64,000 nucleotides of DNA from assembly GCF_030144855.1 (NCBI RefSeq), contig NC_082715.1, positions 146,692,001 to 146,756,000 of the forward strand. Direction: 5' to 3'. The notes beneath the pieces are model-generated. The model was not told the origin of the DNA, ran no database searches, and saw nothing but the letters and a program-made list of their open reading frames with translations. Source of the stretch: Hypanus sabinus (taxonomy: Eukaryota). This document shows, one piece after another, positions 62,884-64,000 of this stretch (position 1 is its first letter; each line of letters begins with the position of its first letter). A program made the translations under genes and the position numbers.

Positions 62884-64000
62884 CAATGTCATTATCTCTA
62901 TCTCCAGCTCTTGGCAATAGTTGCAACACAGCCTAAGAGAAGTTATAAGTTCAAAGTACATTTATTATCAAAGTATGTGGCTTTATACAACCTACAGGTT
63001 CATCTCCTTACAGGCAGACACAGAACAAAGAAACCCAATAGAACCCATTAAAAAAGACGACCGTCAAACACCCGATGTGCAGAAAAACTAATTGTGCAAA
63101 CAATAAAAGTAATCAAATAACAAAAGTGAGTTCACATGCATGAAGCCGATCATCACTGCAGTCCCGTTAATTACAGGCCACAGCCTCAGTACAGCGCAGA
63201 GTCAAGTAAACGTCAGGGATCAGTGAGCTGAACCATCCCATCCCAACCAGCCCCAACACCCTGACCCTTGCAATCTGGCCCAGCATTTAAATGGGCCAAA
63301 CAGCGGGTCATTTCTCATTCTTGGACCCAGGCCCTGTCGCATCCATAAGCTCTCAAGCCCAGGCCATGTCCACTCAATTCAGCCCATACCTGCCCTTTCC
63401 AATCTGGCCCAGTGCTTAAATCAGTCAAACATTGGCTTGTTCCTCACTCTTAGAGCCCACTCACACAAAGAAATTGTCCCTTTTTATACTCTTCAAGATC
63501 CCATCAAAAATCAATTATTTACCACAATACTTTTCCAGACAAGCATATTCATCTGTGTCTTGTTTATCAGTGCATGTGCCTTGTTTTATTTCTCTATTTA
63601 TGTTCCCTCTGTATTGTTTGCCTTTGCTCAACCTTGAACCTACCTGCCCTGTGAGTAGTGATTCTCAAATCCTAGCCTGTGTTCTCTTCTAACCAATCCA
63701 TGAGTGAAGACTCTTTGTTCAATTCAATCCTTGTCGCTGGTCTCCTCTACACTTTGGTGCAAGTCTAAGCCTCTCCTGGTAGTCCACTGGTTAAAGATAC
63801 GGAATTTCACCATAACAACACCGGTTCAAACTCAGACTGGCAACCACCCCTTTATCACAAGACTGAGCAATTCATGGACTCAGAAGAGCATGAGCATCTC
63901 TAGTCAGCACTGGCCAGGTAGTCATGCTGAGTAGACATGAGCGTGTGCTCCAGCAGATCTTGGCCCCCCAGCAGATGCTCAGTGAGACCATCTGGCTGGG

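Noticed and set aside
1-64000. CRISPR arrays, rRNA/tRNA genes, prokaryotic operons or defence systems
   Set aside because: None seen. This is vertebrate DNA, the dispersed repeats are retroelement tails rather than repeat-spacer arrays, and the tRNA-like boxes at 61.55 kb belong to a SINE.

Overview
Repeat-rich, non-bacterial genomic DNA from a cartilaginous fish; the Ig isotype and repeat families suggest a ray or other elasmobranch (inference). The only intact host gene is a minus-strand immunoglobulin light chain cluster of the lambda/type II (NS3-like) kind. It has a leader (29709-29757), an already-joined VJ exon with no RSS (29228-29572) and a C exon (25692-26014), plus an octamer/TATA promoter and an AATAAA signal. 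Immediately downstream (leftward) is a tandem duplicate of the 3' half of the cluster (7927-15481 vs 15482-29171). The duplication junction lies 56 bp short of the J donor, so this copy has no V or J. Its C exon has also been removed by a 376-bp deletion that keeps the splice acceptor and poly(A) signal, and a ~630-bp intron segment carrying E-boxes and an octamer is missing too. The rest is CR1, Rex1-type and L1/Tx1-type LINE fragments, Penelope GIY-YIG elements with hammerhead-ribozyme-like tails (including short fold-back derivatives), an LTR remnant, a Tc1 remnant, a tRNA-derived SINE, candidate CTCF/E-box sites and three N gaps. All alignments and counts were made by eye; no novel system is proven. 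The best candidates for follow-up are the emptied duplicate cluster, the long-CDR2 V on a type II C, and the fold-back hammerhead mini-elements.
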